Assembly (NCBI GenBank): GCA_022072205.1
Contig: JAJVID010000091.1
Location: 1,192-65,191, forward strand
Direction of reading: 5' to 3'
DNA from: Acidobacteriota bacterium
GTDB taxonomy: Bacteria > Acidobacteriota > Blastocatellia > RBC074
Length of the DNA: 64,000 nt
A program made the translations under genes and the position numbers. Shown here one piece after another: positions 62,828 through 64,000 of the stretch. Below the pieces are notes generated by a model. It did not search any database and was not told where the DNA came from. It saw nothing but the letters and a program-made list of their open reading frames with translations. Within the stretch, counting starts at the first letter, position 1; each line of letters begins with the position of its first letter.

Positions 62828-64000
62828 ATGAAAAAACAGGACCTCGTTTCGCGCAGAACAGTATTGAAAGGCGCGGCAGCCGCGACGGCGGCTTCGGCCT
62901 TCACCGTTGTCAAAGCCGAATCGGTTCGCGGCACGGCGGCCAACTCGATGGTCGAGATCGGATTTATCGGCTGCGGCGGGCAGGGAACACGTGACTCGCA
63001 ATTGCTTGAAGCCACCGGCAAAGCCAAGATCGTCGCGCTCGCCGATTATTTCCAGGATCAGCTCGACAAAGCGCGCGAGCGATTCAAGGTTGATCCGAAG
63101 CGCGCGCATCTGGGCATTGACGCTTACAAGGAAGTCATCGGGTCGAAGGTTGACGCCGTGTTGTTGACCACGCCGCCGGGCTTTCGCCCCGAACACTTCA
63201 AAGCGGCGGCGGCGGCCAAAAAACACATCTTCGCCGAAAAGCCGCTCGCGGTTGACGTGCCCGGCTGCCACACCGTGATGGACGCGGGCGAAAAGATGAA
63301 AGCCGCCAATCTGACAGTCATCGTCGGTTTGCAGCGCCATTATTCGAAAGCCTATCGCGCCTGCAAGAAATTGATTGATGAGGGCGCGCTCGGAACCATC
63401 GCCATGGCGCATTCGGCCTGGGATCAGGGCGATTTGTGGCGGCGCGAAAAACGCGGCGAGATGAAATCGGAACTCGATTGGCAGATCCGCAACTGGTATT
63501 ACTTCACCTGGCTTTCTGGCGATCACATCGTCGAACAGAACATTCACAACATGGACGTGATCAGTTGGATGTTGAACGCGCATCCGGTCAAGGCGTACGG
63601 CAGCGGCGGTCGGCTCTGGCGCAAGGACATCGGCCACATTTACGACCACTTCAATCTGGTTTACGAATATCCGAACCAGGTGCTGCTCAACAACACCTGT
63701 GTGCAGATTGACGGCGTGCGCGGCGACGTGTCGGAAACCATTCGCGGATCGAAGGGCATGTTCACGACTACCGCCGGCAAAGGCGGCACGGGCGGCACGC
63801 GCATCGAAGGCGTTCCGCCAAAACGCGGCGGCGATACGCCGATGATCTACAAATACGAAGGCGGCGACGACAAGCATTACGATCAGGAGGCGCTGGCTTT
63901 CGTCAACAGCGTGCTCGGCGTCGGCGAGGGCGAAGACAAATACCGCAACGACGCCAAGTACGGCGTCGAGAGCACGTTCATGGCCATCCTCGGACGCGAA
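62828..64000 (+). CDS. Gfo/Idh/MocA family oxidoreductase with Tat signal, 3' end off-window (not in ORF track)
   Basis: ATG 62828 follows an AGAGGAG RBS. Contains SRRTVLKGAAAATAASAF (Tat), IGFIGCGGQG, EKPLAV and DHIVEQNIHNMDV. The frame is open for 391 codons to the window end, and it is a paralog of 3123..4451. Confidence 0.85.
   Translation, partial: MKKQDLVSRRTVLKGAAAATAASAFTVVKAESVRGTAANSMVEIGFIGCGGQGTRDSQLLEATGKAKIVALADYFQDQLDKARERFKVDPKRAHLGIDAYKEVIGSKVDAVLLTTPPGFRPEHFKAAAAAKKHIFAEKPLAVDVPGCHTVMDAGEKMKAANLTVIVGLQRHYSKAYRACKKLIDEGALGTIAMAHSAWDQGDLWRREKRGEMKSELDWQIRNWYYFTWLSGDHIVEQNIHNMDVISWMLNAHPVKAYGSGGRLWRKDIGHIYDHFNLVYEYPNQVLLNNTCVQIDGVRGDVSETIRGSKGMFTTTAGKGGTGGTRIEGVPPKRGGDTPMIYKYEGGDDKHYDQEALAFVNSVLGVGEGEDKYRNDAKYGVESTFMAILGRE

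Noticed and set aside
62774-63877. 367-aa minus-strand ORF
   Set aside because: It lies antisense to a clear Tat-Gfo/Idh/MocA paralog that runs off the window, which is why the real gene is missing from the track.

Overview
This is a GC-rich bacterial chromosomal window with about 55 supportable protein genes. I recognised no rRNA, tRNA or CRISPR array. The gene content (a VWFA-type secreted protein, PEGA/TPR proteins, Tat-signal Gfo/Idh/MocA oxidoreductases, Uma2 endonucleases) suggests Acidobacteriota, but that is only an inference.

The main feature is a complete Tad/Flp (type IVc) pilus locus at about 22.4-37.8 kb. Its 58-aa Flp pilin ORF is missing from the supplied track because it is under 60 aa. 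The locus is preceded by a divergent operon of four translationally coupled polytopic GT-C-like membrane glycosyltransferases (16.1-21.9 kb). It is followed by a non-canonical extension: a small TM peptide, DUF192, a fifth GT-C-like membrane protein, TPR, a wHTH-AAA+ ATPase, a lytic transglycosylase, a secreted repeat protein and a VWA protein. I consider this extended assembly the best candidate for an undescribed system.

Other accessory content:
- an MntA/HepT toxin-antitoxin pair whose HepT reading frame is broken by a 1-nt frameshift;
- a decayed IS with its transposase split over three frames, abutting a 5'-truncated Uma2 gene;
- a lipoprotein plus acidic partner pair;
- a low-GC islet of two orphan genes.

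The non-coding DNA contains a family of heptanucleotide tandem repeats, several arranged as long inverted repeats. One forms a perfect 33-bp hairpin that exactly fills a convergent stop-to-stop gap.

The rest is housekeeping: two GGTs, FtcD, HemW, glycerate kinase, AcpS, PgeF, DeoC, an S9 peptidase, Slt, and a Ccp-Fur-cytochrome c module. Many long ORFs in the track are antisense shadow ORFs and were rejected.
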